Part shown: piece by piece, positions 36,764 through 48,265 of the stretch
Layout: the number at the start of each line of letters is the position of its first letter
How positions within the stretch are numbered: position 1 is the stretch's first letter
NCBI GenBank assembly: GCA_964016885.1
Contig: OZ024763.1
Span: forward strand, 9,486,001 to 9,550,000
Direction of reading: 5' to 3'
Origin: Eledone cirrhosa
Taxonomy: Eukaryota
DNA: 64,000 bases
Program-made: the position numbers and the translations under genes
Notes under the pieces: generated by a model
The model's database searches: none
Seen by the model: only the letters and a program-made list of their open reading frames with translations
Told to the model about the DNA's origin: nothing

Positions 36764-38499
36764 GAAGTGACAGCAGATTTCTTTATCAACTGATTGAATA
36801 CCAATCAATCCATAAATAACAAGGTGATAGGTGGTGATAGGTGATACAGCTGTCGCTGCTAATAATGATGATGATGTTATTATATAAAAAGCTGAATGGA
36901 TGACAGACAGACAGACTGTTAGAGAGATCATCGTGATAGAAATAGATCCCAAACTGATTTGATAAAAATAAACCAGAAATCTTGTTAGTTTGTGGTAGTG
37001 GTTGTGATGTTAGTGGGGGTGTTGTTACTGGTGATGATGATGATGGTGATTGTGGTGATGATGATGATGGTATGTTCAGTTGAAGTAATCAAAATAAATC
37101 GTGGGATGAAAAGTAAATAGACACAACCTGCATCACTACATACACTACACAACACTCCACACACATACATATACATAACACTCCACACACATACGTACAC
37201 ACACACATACATAGATAGACACAGACACATATATGTGTGTGTGTTTGTATATGTGCGAGAGTGACTGTATGTATACGTAGAGTGATATATATGTGTGTGT
37301 TATTTGTTTGTAGCTGTTTTAGTCCAACTCAGAATAGGTTGCAATAACATTGTTGGACCAATGCTTTGAGTGGAATTTGGTAGATATAAATTGCATAAGC
37401 CCATAGTGACAACCTCTCTAGTGTTGGTGATTTACACAATAAACACTCCCAGTATATGCAGTAAAGTGGTTGGTGATAGAAAGGGCATCCAGCTGCAGAA
37501 AATTTACCAAACAAAGGGTCAGGAGGACCCTTTAATTGTCTCAAAGACATGACGGCTCTTTAATGCTGGTGTCACAATAAAATGCACCCAGTAAACTGCA
37601 GGATCATATGTGAGATGTGGGTTCCTGGCCTATCTGAGATGTCAGTAGCCTCACATGAGTACTCAGTTGGTCTGTGAAGACCTGTCCAACACTTGCAAGT
37701 AGGGAAAATGGATGTTAGAATAATGAGGGCTCCAGTTGATTGATCAATATGTAAGAGGCTAAGCATTTCTCAAACATGTGTGCACATAATGTAAGTTTTA
37801 GTGAGATTCAGCATAACACAGTATGTGACAAGACATTAAATTACAGGTTCCCAGCGGATTGACAGTATCGGTAGAGGGTCGGACGCCATGCTTTGCAGCA
37901 TAGAGTTACGGCCTTTTACGGTCTGAGTTCAAATCCCGCCGAGGATAACTTTGCTTTCATCCTTACGGGGTCGATAAAATAAAGTACCAGTAATGCACTG
38001 GGATAATTGCTGGCCTTGTGCCAAAAGTAGAAATATTTAAATTACAGGTACCCCTGTCAACTTGACAGGTTTCCAAACAGTTTCAGTCTACCTATTTTCA
38101 GTCACTCAGAAGACATGAGTTTATCTGAGACTATGGTAAATGACACTTTCCCAAGAGAACTATGCTAAAACAGTTCAAGTGTTTATATATGTTTTAAAAT
38201 CTTCCATCATAAGTTTTAATAAGAACATTTGTTATATTATGTTCCAAACACCAACTTAGTACTAAATCTTTCCAAATTTTTTATTACTTTTGAAAATTTG
38301 AAAATCATGGAATATCTTGCATTAGAACTATGGTAATGAAACATTTAAAGTATTTATATTTATCTAAAACCCTTCAATCATAATTTTATGTAAAATCATT
38401 TATGTTCCAAACATCAATTTAATGAGAAAGTTAGTTGTAAATTTTTCTAAATACTTGAATATTTCCGAAAATTTGAAAATCATGCAGTGTCTTTCAATA

Positions 38500-39430
38500 T
38501 CATCATCATCATCATCATCAGGTTTAGCGTCCGTGTTCCACGCTTGCATGGGTTTGGACGGGGGTTTTCCCACTTGAGGCAAGAGTGGTTGTCTTGCTCG
38601 CATAGGACTGTCTGGCGGGTTTTCTACAGTTGGATGCCCTTCCTAACACCAACCACATTTACAGTGTGGGGCTGGGAGGTTTTTACCGTGTTGCCTACAC
38701 GGCCACATTACAGCGTGGACTGTCTGGCGAGTTTTCTACAGCTGGATGCCCTTCCTAACACCAACCACATTTACAGTGTGGGGCTGGGAGGTTTTTACCG
38801 TGTTGCCTACACGGCCACATTTACAGCGTGGACTGTGTGTTTTTTGTCGTGACACCTACACGATCTCATTTGTTTCGGCCTGGATGTTGTGGGACCAACA
38901 TAACTTTACATTGAAAGGGGCGGTGTGGGTGGGGTGGAGGTGGTGGGACGGGGGTGTGTTTTGATAGAGGTGCCTACTGACTGTAGTAGGTTTTTACTTT
39001 GTATTTAGGTAAGGCGGGTCTTCTCTATTACTGAGTACCGCCAAAGGTCTCGGTCCAGTGACATTGTCTTGGAGAGGTGTAAGCGTGTGAGGTCGGAATT
39101 TATCAGCTCGTCCCATGTTTTTCTGGGTCTGCCTACTCCGTGGCTACCGTCTATCTTTATTGCCCTGTCGTCTTTCATGCGCATCACGTGACCGTACCAA
39201 CGTAGCCTTCTCTCGAGTAAACAACATCTGATCCCTCTTATTTCTAATTTTTTCCTTAGTTCGTTTATGCTTTGCCGTTCACGTATATTAGTATTGCACA
39301 TCCAGCGGAGCATGCAAGCTTCGTTCCTCTTTAGTCTGCGTATATCCTCTGCACACAATGCCCAGGTCTCACTGCCATGCAGCATTGCTGTTCGTATGCA
39401 GGCATCGTATAACCTGCCTTTCATTTTCAA
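38500..39430 (-). mobile_element. RTE LINE 3' end with 3' UTR and (GAT)n tail
   Basis: ORF 39005-39430 (LYDACIRTAMLHGSETW..GRPRKTWDE..DRDLWR). The UTR has duplicated CACACTGTAAATGTGG..GGAAGGGCATCC blocks and ends in a GATGATGAT tail. Confidence 0.88.
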
Positions 39431-39464
39431 TATAAATATAGTAATGAGATATTTAAAGTGTTTA

Positions 39465-39927
39465 TCTCCTTATAATATATAACCAGCAATTTCCCTGTCT
39501 GTCCGACAGTGGAAACACGTGCGCGCGTGCGAATGTTTTTTGCGCACGCGTAGAGAGTGAGTGAGAGTGAAAGAAAGAGACAGACTACGAGAGGGGGATA
39601 GCAGGAGGGAGAGAGAGTGAATAGACGCTAAAACACGTGGGCGCGGGCGAATGTTTTTTGCGCACGCGTAGAGAGAGAGTGAAAGAAAGAGACAGACTAC
39701 AAGAGGGGGATAGCGGGAGGGAGAGAGGGGGGAATTGAGGAGTGCTACAGAAACATATATACATTTCTGTGTGTGTGTAATATATATATATATACACACA
39801 CAGAAATATATATATATACACACAGAAATATATATACATTTCTGTGTGTGTGTAATATATATATATATACACACACAGAAATATATATATATACACACAG
39901 AAATATATATACATTTCTGTGTGTGTA

Positions 39928-39958
<31 letters not shown>

Positions 39959-40035
39959 GAAATATATATACATTTCTGTGTGTGTAATATATATATATAC
40001 TAGCAGAAAACCACCCGTGGGCGGTTTTCTGCTAG
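39465..40035 (+). mobile_element. Non-autonomous Helitron with internal minisatellite
   Basis: Starts TCTCCTTATAATATATAAA and ends in hairpin CTAGCAGAAAACC-ACCCGTGGGC-GGTTTTCTGCTAG, the same 3' end type as 4541-5001. Confidence 0.78.
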
Positions 40036-40282
40036 TCTATATATCTAAAACAGAGAATATCTGTCTGTCTGACTCCCTAAAACTCGAGAACCACCCTACC
40101 GATTTTTTTCAAACTTTACACATGTAATACTTATGGTCGTGTGAGTGTTTTGAGCAAAAAATATTTCAAATTTTCAATGCCCTATGGACCGCATTAGATG
40201 GCTATAACGTTGTGCCCTTATAATATCTGTCTGCATTATGACATTATGACACTATCTGTGTGTGTGTATATATGTATATATA

Positions 40283-40320
<38 letters not shown>

Positions 40321-40766
40321 TATATATATAATATATATATATAATTATATATTTGTGTACAGATATTTTTGCATACACAATAACAAAATATAAACAAACG
40401 TATTTATTTCATGAGGCTCGATAAGGATAAATATATATCAAATATATAAGAACCCTAGAGCAAATATTGTTCTCATTGCTGGCGAGGCAGAAGGGATATA
40501 CACGATTGGCTGAAGAAGGATGAGACTGTGTTAGTAGTACGACCACCGCTGCTATCACACCAACAACAAAGAAGAGAGGGAACGCAATTACGTGGTTTTG
40601 AAAAATCTTAATCGAAAATTATTTGCCTATTCACCCAAGGCAACTTCCCTTTTTATTAGGACTTCTGCATCAATTGGTGAACATACGACAAAACTGTTTC
40701 AGAAAGGAGGGATAAACATGCCAATCTATGTTTAGAATCCTGAGCAATGCCGGGCCATTCTGCTAG
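40036..40766 (+). mobile_element. Non-autonomous Helitron (same family as 1473-2031)
   Basis: TCTATATATCTAAAACAG...CCTGAGCAATGCCGGGCCATTCTGCTAG; fused head-to-tail to the previous element (CTAG|TC). Confidence 0.82.
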
Positions 40767-42071
40767 TATTTAAAAACCTAAATCTTTCCAAAATGCTTGA
40801 ATATTTTCAAAAATTTGAAAATAATTGGCAGTCTTTCATTAGAAATATTGTAACAGAGTTAATGCACTTGAGAAAATCTTGAGTGCCACATGATACCATT
40901 TGGGCCTCCACAGAGTCTGGAGTGATCAGGTCTTAAGTAAACCACGATAATGTACCTTAATCTGGTTTTTATACACATTAAATCTACCAAGTGATTTTAG
41001 ATAGTAACACAGAGAGATGTGTATGTAATTAGGTCAGCTGAGTTGTAACATAAACAAGGTGACAACAAAAGTTTACACACAGTAGATAAAACTCATACCC
41101 TTCTAATACCTTAAAACCAAAGCTAAAGATAAAAATGTTTTTCTCCAAATCTAAAAATCAAAAGTACTAAAGGATAGTTAATTGTATAGTAAGAGGTGAC
41201 TAAAAGGGCTGATACCAGGAGGGCATCCAGCTGTAAAACATTAACACTGCTTTAGAAAGGACATCTATATCATGGGTTAGAACAGTTTCAAATTCTGAGA
41301 TTATTTACTTCATCAAGATATTTCAACTGACAATCATCACTGCCCTTTTCCAAAATATATACATATCCTTGCTGAGTGTATCTAATTTAGAATAGGTATA
41401 TCGTATCTGTGACTGTCAAAAGAGGTGACTAAAAGGGTTTGGTGCTGGGAAAGGTATCCAGCTGTAAAACATTGCCACAAAAAGGATTCCATGGTAGATT
41501 CCATGGGCCTGCTAGGCTAACTTCAGCTTTAGTACGCAAAGTGGCTGCATTCTAATGGCTGAAACTAGTAAAAGAATAAAAGAACATACAGTTTTTGAGT
41601 TGGTTAGAGTTGAGGAACCAATTGACTACATAAGATGTTGGAGTGAGGGTGTAGGGAAGACCCCACAACAATCTGATAAAGGTAATAATTACTCTAAGAA
41701 GAGCTACTTCCTCTAAATAATTAAAGACATATTCATAAAACAATGATAAGGAACTATGGACTCATAAAAGGTATGGGGGTGATGGGGGGGGGGGTGAAGG
41801 TGGTAGTGGTGGTAGTAGTGGTGGTGGTAGTAATAGTGGTGGTGGTGGTGGTGGTGGTGGGGATGATGGTGGCGACTGATGAGGAAGTGGAGGAAGAGGA
41901 TGATAAGCAGGAGGAGAATGGTGATGACAATGATAATGAAGGTGATGATTATGACAATGTTGGTGGTGGTGGTGATGATGATGATTACAATGGCATTAGT
42001 GTGGGAGGGGCTGATGATGACAATGTTGGTGGTGGTAGTGGTTGTGATGATGGTGATGATGATAACTACAG

Positions 42072-43530
42072 TAAAAGATGTAGTGGGATCACAGGTAAAC
42101 TATCTAAGAACGTAGACTTTATATGTGGCCAATGCTCAGGTGCAATAAGTAGCAAGTGCCCACAGGATACTAGCTCCTTCTATTGCCCAGATGGTTCTAT
42201 AGAAATAGTGGACACTTTCCGTTACCTGGGTGACAATATCAGCAGTGGTGGAGGGTGTTCTGAAAGTACAGAAGCCAGAGTCAGAACGGGATGGAAAAAG
42301 TTCAGTGAGCTTATACCGCTGTTGGCCACAAAAGGTTTCTCTCTAAAAATGAAAGGCAGATTGTATGATGCCTGTATACTAACAGCGATGCTACATGGCA
42401 GTGAGACATGGGCCTTACATGCAGAGGACCTGTGCAGACTGGAGAGGAACGAAGCATGCATGCTCCGTTGGATGTGTAATTGTAATATATGTGAACGGCA
42501 AAGCATAAACGAACTAAGGGAGAAATTAGGAATAAGAGGGATCAGATGCTGTTTACTTGAGAGAAGACTACGTTGGTATGGCCACGTGATGCGCATGAAA
42601 GATGACAGCTGTATAAAAAAGTGCAGGCCGATCAAAATTGAGGGAAGTTACGGAGTAGGTAGACCCAGAAAAATCTGGGATGACATGATAAACAGAGCAT
42701 GCAACGCAAGCTTCGTTCCACTCCAGTCTGCGCAGTCGCTATGAGTTTTAAAGTAGTGACTATGTCACTTACTTTCGGCAAAAACTAATACCTAATTTTT
42801 GCTGGACCAGCAATCGCTCTGTTTAATCAGCTCTTAAATATTACTGGAATTCTATAAGAATCCAGCTTCTATAAAGGCAGGAGAGTGTATGGTTTTCCCT
42901 ACTTGTTAGTTTGCCTGCTATCCCACTACATCTCTTGTGTACCTAAGATCTGCATTGTGTACATTTTATAGAATTTATGCCAATTCCTTTTCTACAGATT
43001 GAACATGGCCGTTTCCCTGATGGAATCAGAGTTTTGTCCTCTTTTCTACTCATCAACACTTTTGTCTTAGCTAGGTTCACTCTGACCTCTTGATTCCATA
43101 TATATAGACCAAGAAAAACCTAGGATAAGGTGATAAAAACTGACCTTGCCCACCTACAGCTCTCTAAGACAATGACACTGGATCGAGACCTTTGGCGCCA
43201 TGTAGTTGTATAGAAGATCCGACTGCCATGGCATACAAACCTAGTCACACCCTACTCCATCTTCCCTCTCCCGTTCCGTCCACTGTGTCGACGATTCAAC
43301 AGTCCACACTGTAAGGTGGCCATGTAGGAGACACGATGAAAAGGCTCCCAGTCCACACTGTAAATGTGGTTGGTGTTAGGAAGGGCATCCAGCTGTAAAA
43401 TAAACCTGCCAGAGACGCTTCTGTGTGAGTGAGACATGGTCTCCCGACCATTCTCGCATCAAATGGAACAAAACCGTCTAACCCATGCTAGCAAGGAAGA
43501 TGAACGTTAAACGATGATGATGATGATGAT
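42072..43530 (+). mobile_element. RTE LINE 3' portion, rearranged (inverted internal pieces), with (GAT)n tail
   Basis: KRCSGITGKL..GRPRKIWDD to about 42690; inverted fragments at 42695-42737 and about 42930-43095; 3' end resumes at 43105. Confidence 0.85.
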
Positions 43531-43749
43531 ATATATACATATAAATATATATATATAAATAAATATAAATATATAAATATAAATATATAAATATATATAT
43601 ATATATATAAATATATATATAAAGCATGGCGTCTGACTCTCTACCGATACTGCTAATCCACCAAATAATGGTATAAACAAAGTATACTTAGCTACCACAT
43701 CAAGATGGAAATTATCCGCGTATTGTTTGTACTATCCGTTAGGGTATAA

Positions 43750-44215
43750 TGTGGGGCTGTAATACAGGAAGGTTTTATGCAATTTATGTTTACAAGCTGA
43801 AATTGCCTCAGATTTTTTGTTTGAGATGTGGTCATTGGCGTAGAGTATTTCCAGTGCTTGAGCAGCGCAAAGATCACATGGTCTTTTATTTCCGTTATAC
43901 GATCTAGCTTTAGCTAGGACCTCCCAGTGTAACCTATATTGGGTGTGGTTGTCTTTTAAACTCCAGATATAAGCTGAAAGTGACGTCATATTCCTTCTTA
44001 AAGGGTTAAGAAAAGAATGGGTATGCATGTAAAGATGCTATTGGCGGTTAACCCTATGTAGGCCCTACAAGACGTGGGTGTGTCAACCTTACATTTGTAG
44101 ACAATGTTACTGGAGAGACATTTCCCAGATAGAGGGCAGTCTACCCGATTCCTACAATTACAGTTAGTACTAGCTACAGGGTTGTTAGTGTAACTACGAC
44201 TAGGTAATTTAGTTA
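43750..44215 (-). mobile_element. Penelope-like element GIY-YIG endonuclease fragment (Neptune/Naiad-type)
   Basis: CNCRNRVDCPLSGKCLSSNIVYKCKV..AYIGLTANS..TSLSAYIWSLKD..WEVL..CDLC..NKKSEAISACKH across two frames. Confidence 0.85.
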
Positions 44216-44548
44216 AATTATATATATATAATATGTGCGTGTGTGTGTTTGCTTTCTGCATGCATATCATCATCATCATCATCATCACCGTTTTACGTCC
44301 GTTCTTCCACGCTAGCATGGGTTAGATGGGTTGTCCTGTTGTGGGCAGTGTCTGGTCGGCTGACCATGCCTTGCTCATACAGGAACTGATCTGGCTTGAT
44401 TTCTACAGCTGGATGCCCTTCCTAACACCAATCTCATTTACAGTGAGTGCTGGGTGCTTTTTCGTGGCGCCTACACGTCCACTTTACAGTGTGGGCTGGG
44501 TGCTTTTTTGCCGTGGCACCTCCATATATATATATATTTATTTATTTA

Positions 44549-44710
44549 TCTATATATATAAAACTGAGGATGTCTGTATGTGTGTGTGTGTGTGTGTCTG
44601 TGAGTTTCAATCCCTAAAACTCAAGAAGTACCCAACCGATTTTTTTCAAACTTTACATGCGTATTACTTATGTTTATGCACATAAAAAAATTCAACTTTT
44701 TGATCCCCAG
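44549..44710 (+). mobile_element. Helitron 5' fragment
   Basis: TCTATATATATAAAACTGAGGATGTCTG.. matches the 5' end of 2035-3691. Confidence 0.7.
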
Positions 44711-45071
44711 TTCCAGCCAACTTCAACAGAAAGAGGCGAGACAATTTTGGTTGGATGCAGCCAGTTTAAATGCTAAAGGGTTAATAATGAGAAAGTTAGT
44801 TATATTACTAAATCCCTCCAAATTCTTGATTATTTTCAAAACCTTAGGCTGTGTTTTTCATTATAAATATGGTAATGAATGGGTTTAAATTATGTTTCAT
44901 TATTAAATTCATCAAAATTCTTGAATATTTTCAAAACTATTTGAAGACCATAGGCAGAATCTTTCATTAGAAATATAGCAATGGGAGGCTTAAGCATACA
45001 TTGTGGCACTTTTCACCAGCTAACTTATTTTTCAAAAGGTTAGTAAATATTTTATTCAAGATATAACTCAC

Positions 45072-45368
45072 CCGATCACTAAGTGCACTGTGTTTGATTC
45101 CTAATTCATCTCTTTCAGCACGACTCGCAGACAGTAAGTCTTCAACACGGTTGAGTTCCATGGCTAAAAGACGGTTCTCTTCTTGCAATACGTCTAAATT
45201 ATATGAAGGTGCTGGTTGAGTAGTGGCAGCTGGATAACTATGACATAGGCTTTCTCCGCCAAGATTTTTTGTGATAATCTCACGGATTTTCGCTTTTGTC
45301 AAGGAATTTGTCTCATCCATTCTGGATTGAAAACTGCAACTTTCTTTTAAAACTGAATCTTCTAGTTT
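45072..45368 (-). CDS. CROCC: Rootletin (ciliary rootlet coiled-coil protein), N-terminal internal exon, 297 bp, phase 0-0
   Basis: Acceptor ttttttcttgatatattccag| and donor cgg|gtgagt. Translation [58 protein letters not shown] closely resembles the vertebrate rootletin N-terminus as recalled ([56 protein letters not shown]). Confidence 0.9.
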
Positions 45369-45963
45369 CTGGAATATATCAAGAAAAAAACATTTAGTTG
45401 ATTAAAGAAGAGAGCACTAAGAAAATTTTTAATTTTAAAATATATTAGTTTCTTTGGAACGCTGCCTCAATGCAGACAATTGAGCCCCAGTTCAATCATG
45501 TTGTTATTGTTATAGTTCACACCTATGCTTTTGCTGGTCTCCTACAATTTTACATTTTATAGGAGGCTTTTAGGGTGTTTTAAAGATAGGGCCAATAGTC
45601 TTATGAGATGGATAGAAACTTTTTGTAAAAAAAAAAAAGGCTTAACAACTCTGAAGCTCTGCTCTAACAAACATATGATAAAATATATTTGATCATATGT
45701 CTGCTCAGTCAAGGCTTATCTAGTGAGAGGATCTAAACAGTAGCAATAATGAGGCAGCACATTAACTGTATCACATCACCTAACATAAATCAGTTCCAAC
45801 TGAGAATTGAGAGTCAAAGTCCATGATTACTATTGCAGAGAACTTGAGAATATATAATATACCCCACACCATAACTTCTACCTACAGAAGGATGTTATTT
45901 TAAAAAATCCTGAAAAAATAGTCAAAGGATGGAAAAGAATTTCATTATAAAAATATATCTGTA

Positions 45964-46014
<51 letters not shown>

Positions 46015-46097
46015 ATAATAATAAATTTGAAGACTAAAATCCAAAGAGGGCTCGATAAGGATAAATATATATCAAATATATAAGAACCGTAGAGCAA

Positions 46098-46605
46098 ATA
46101 TTTATTAAAATAACAGATTAAAGTTTAAGCAAAGAATCGCTGCTTTCACCCTTAATGGGATCTTCTGAAACTAACAAAGTCAATCTGTGAACGCAGAATT
46201 GAATATTTCAAAAAACGTTGCAACCAGAGAAGACAGGAAGACGATACTTTGGTCTGTGGAAACGTTCCCTGGCAAAGAACGGGAAAAAACGAATATAATA
46301 CGTCATTATTTGGAACGGTGAAAAACAATTGCACGCAAAGACAAAACCACGTTTACTATTAGGTGGTTCATAGAGACGTTCTCTGGCAATGAACGGGAAA
46401 AACGAAGATAATACGTTATATGTGGAGCGGAGAGAACAATTGCACGCAAAGACAAAACCATGTAAATGGTATAACTGAAGTCGTAGACTAAAATTCTAAC
46501 TAGGAAACCGAATGATTCTCGGCTTCTAGTTGTTAGTTTCAGAAGATCCCGTTAAGGGTGAAAGCAGCGATTCTTTGCTTAAACTTTAATCTGTTATTTT
46601 AATAA

Positions 46606-46609
<4 letters not shown>
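46098..46609. mobile_element. 512-bp element with 80-bp terminal inverted repeats, each containing a hammerhead-like motif
   Basis: Arms 46098-46177 and 46530-46609 differ by 1 nt. Internal direct repeat of about 95 bp (about 46258-46352 and 46372-46463). Right end abuts (TA)n. Confidence 0.8.
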
Positions 46610-46635
<26 letters not shown>

Positions 46636-46637
<2 letters not shown>

Positions 46638-47420
46638 CATCATCATCATTTTACGTCCACTTTTCCCTGCTTGCAAGGGTAGAACGGGTCCTATTCAGCA
46701 CACCATCTCTCCACTTGTCACTGTCCTTTGTCATCTCCTCTGTGAGCTTCAGCGATCAGACGTCAGCTCTCGCCACCTCCACCCATGTTTTTCGTGGTCT
46801 TCCTCTACTGTGTCTTCCTTCTACTGGGATTTCTTGGCACTTCTTTACCCAGCAGTCATCCTCCATGCATATCACATGGTCATACCATTACAGTCTTCTC
46901 TCCTGCACACTACAGCCTATCCCTCTTATACACAGTATATCTCTTAACTCATTTATGCTTGGTCGTTCACACACATTGACATTGCACATCCAACGGAGCA
47001 TGCTTGCTTCATTTCTCTCCAGACGTCGCATATCCTCTGCAGTTGCTGTCCATGTCTCACTACCATGCAGCATCGCGCATGTCACACAGGCATCATATAA
47101 CTGGCCTTTCGTTCATAGGGAGAAACCCTTCTTTGTCAACAGAGGAAGCAACTCCCTAAACTTCTTCCAGCCCGTCCTTATTCTATGGCCTCGGAGCACC
47201 CTCCTCCCTTGCTAATTTGATCACCTATGTATCAGAAGCTATCAACCACTTCTATAGATCCTACCTGCATTTGAAAAATGTGTCTATCACTGCGACTTCT
47301 ACTGTCAAATTTCCCTGTGCATCTACTGCATATGTAGTTTTCACTACCTGTTAGTTTGTCTGCTATCCCACATCTCTTGTGTACCCAAGATCTGCATTGT
47401 GTGCATTTTATAGAATGATA
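46636..47420 (-). mobile_element. RTE LINE 3' fragment (second subfamily) with (GAT)n tail
   Basis: MLHGSETWTATAEDMRRLERNEASMLRWMC..VQERRL..RGRPRKTW. Confidence 0.85.
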
Positions 47421-47534
47421 ATATACTGTATGTTTAATTCAAAATATTTTGAAAACCATTCGCTATGACTATGTCTATGTCATTTACTTATTCTCGGCAA
47501 AAACAAAGGCGAGTAATTGACAGTCCTGTTTCTC

Positions 47535-48200
47535 GCATAAGAGGAATCAAATGCTGTGTGCAGGAGAGGAAATTACGATGGTATGGATATGTGATGCGTA
47601 TGAAGGATGACAGCTGCATAAAAAGGTGCACAGAGTCGTTGAAAACCGTGGAGTGGGTAGACCCAGGAAGACTTGGGATGAGATGATAAAAGCTGACCTT
47701 GCTCAATTGCACCTCTCAAAGGCGATGTCCGAAGATGAAGCATATGTATAACATACACCACGCTACCCATCCCACCCCCACACATACATCCAGTTAAGCC
47801 TCCAGTCCATACTGTAAAGTGATCGAGGTGGCGACGTGACAAAAAAATGCCCAGCCCACACTGTAAAGTGGTCGTGTAGGTGTCATGGAAAAAAGCACCC
47901 AGTCCATGCTGTAAAGTGGCCGTGTTTGGCAAAAGCGCCCAGCCCACACTGTAAAGTGGTCATGTAGGTGTTGTGGTAAAAAGCACCCAGTCCACACTGT
48001 AAAGTGGTCGTATAGGCGCAACGACAAAAAGCACTCTGTACTCACTCACTGTAAATGGGGATCCAACTGTAGAAATCAAGCCAAAATCAGTTCTGTATGA
48101 GCAAGACATGGTCATCGACCTAGCATTGCTCAAAACAGGATAACTCGTCTAACCGATGCCAGCATGGAAAAATTGACTTTAAACGGTGATGATGATGATC
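47535..48200 (+). mobile_element. RTE 3' end and UTR with a tandem repeat of about 42 bp
   Basis: IRGIKCCVQERKLRWYG. Repeats CCCAG(T/C)CCACACTGTAAAGTGGTCGTGTAGG x5-6 at 47800-48055. GAT tail. Confidence 0.8.
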
Positions 48201-48265
48201 ATATATATATGTGTGTGTATATATATATAGAGTGAGAGAGACCGGCTGTGTAAGTTAGTAGTAGT

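Noticed and set aside
41743-42744. 333-aa ORF resembling a membrane protein with an acidic domain
   Set aside because: Chance fusion of (GGT)n/(GAT)n microsatellites with an RTE fragment.
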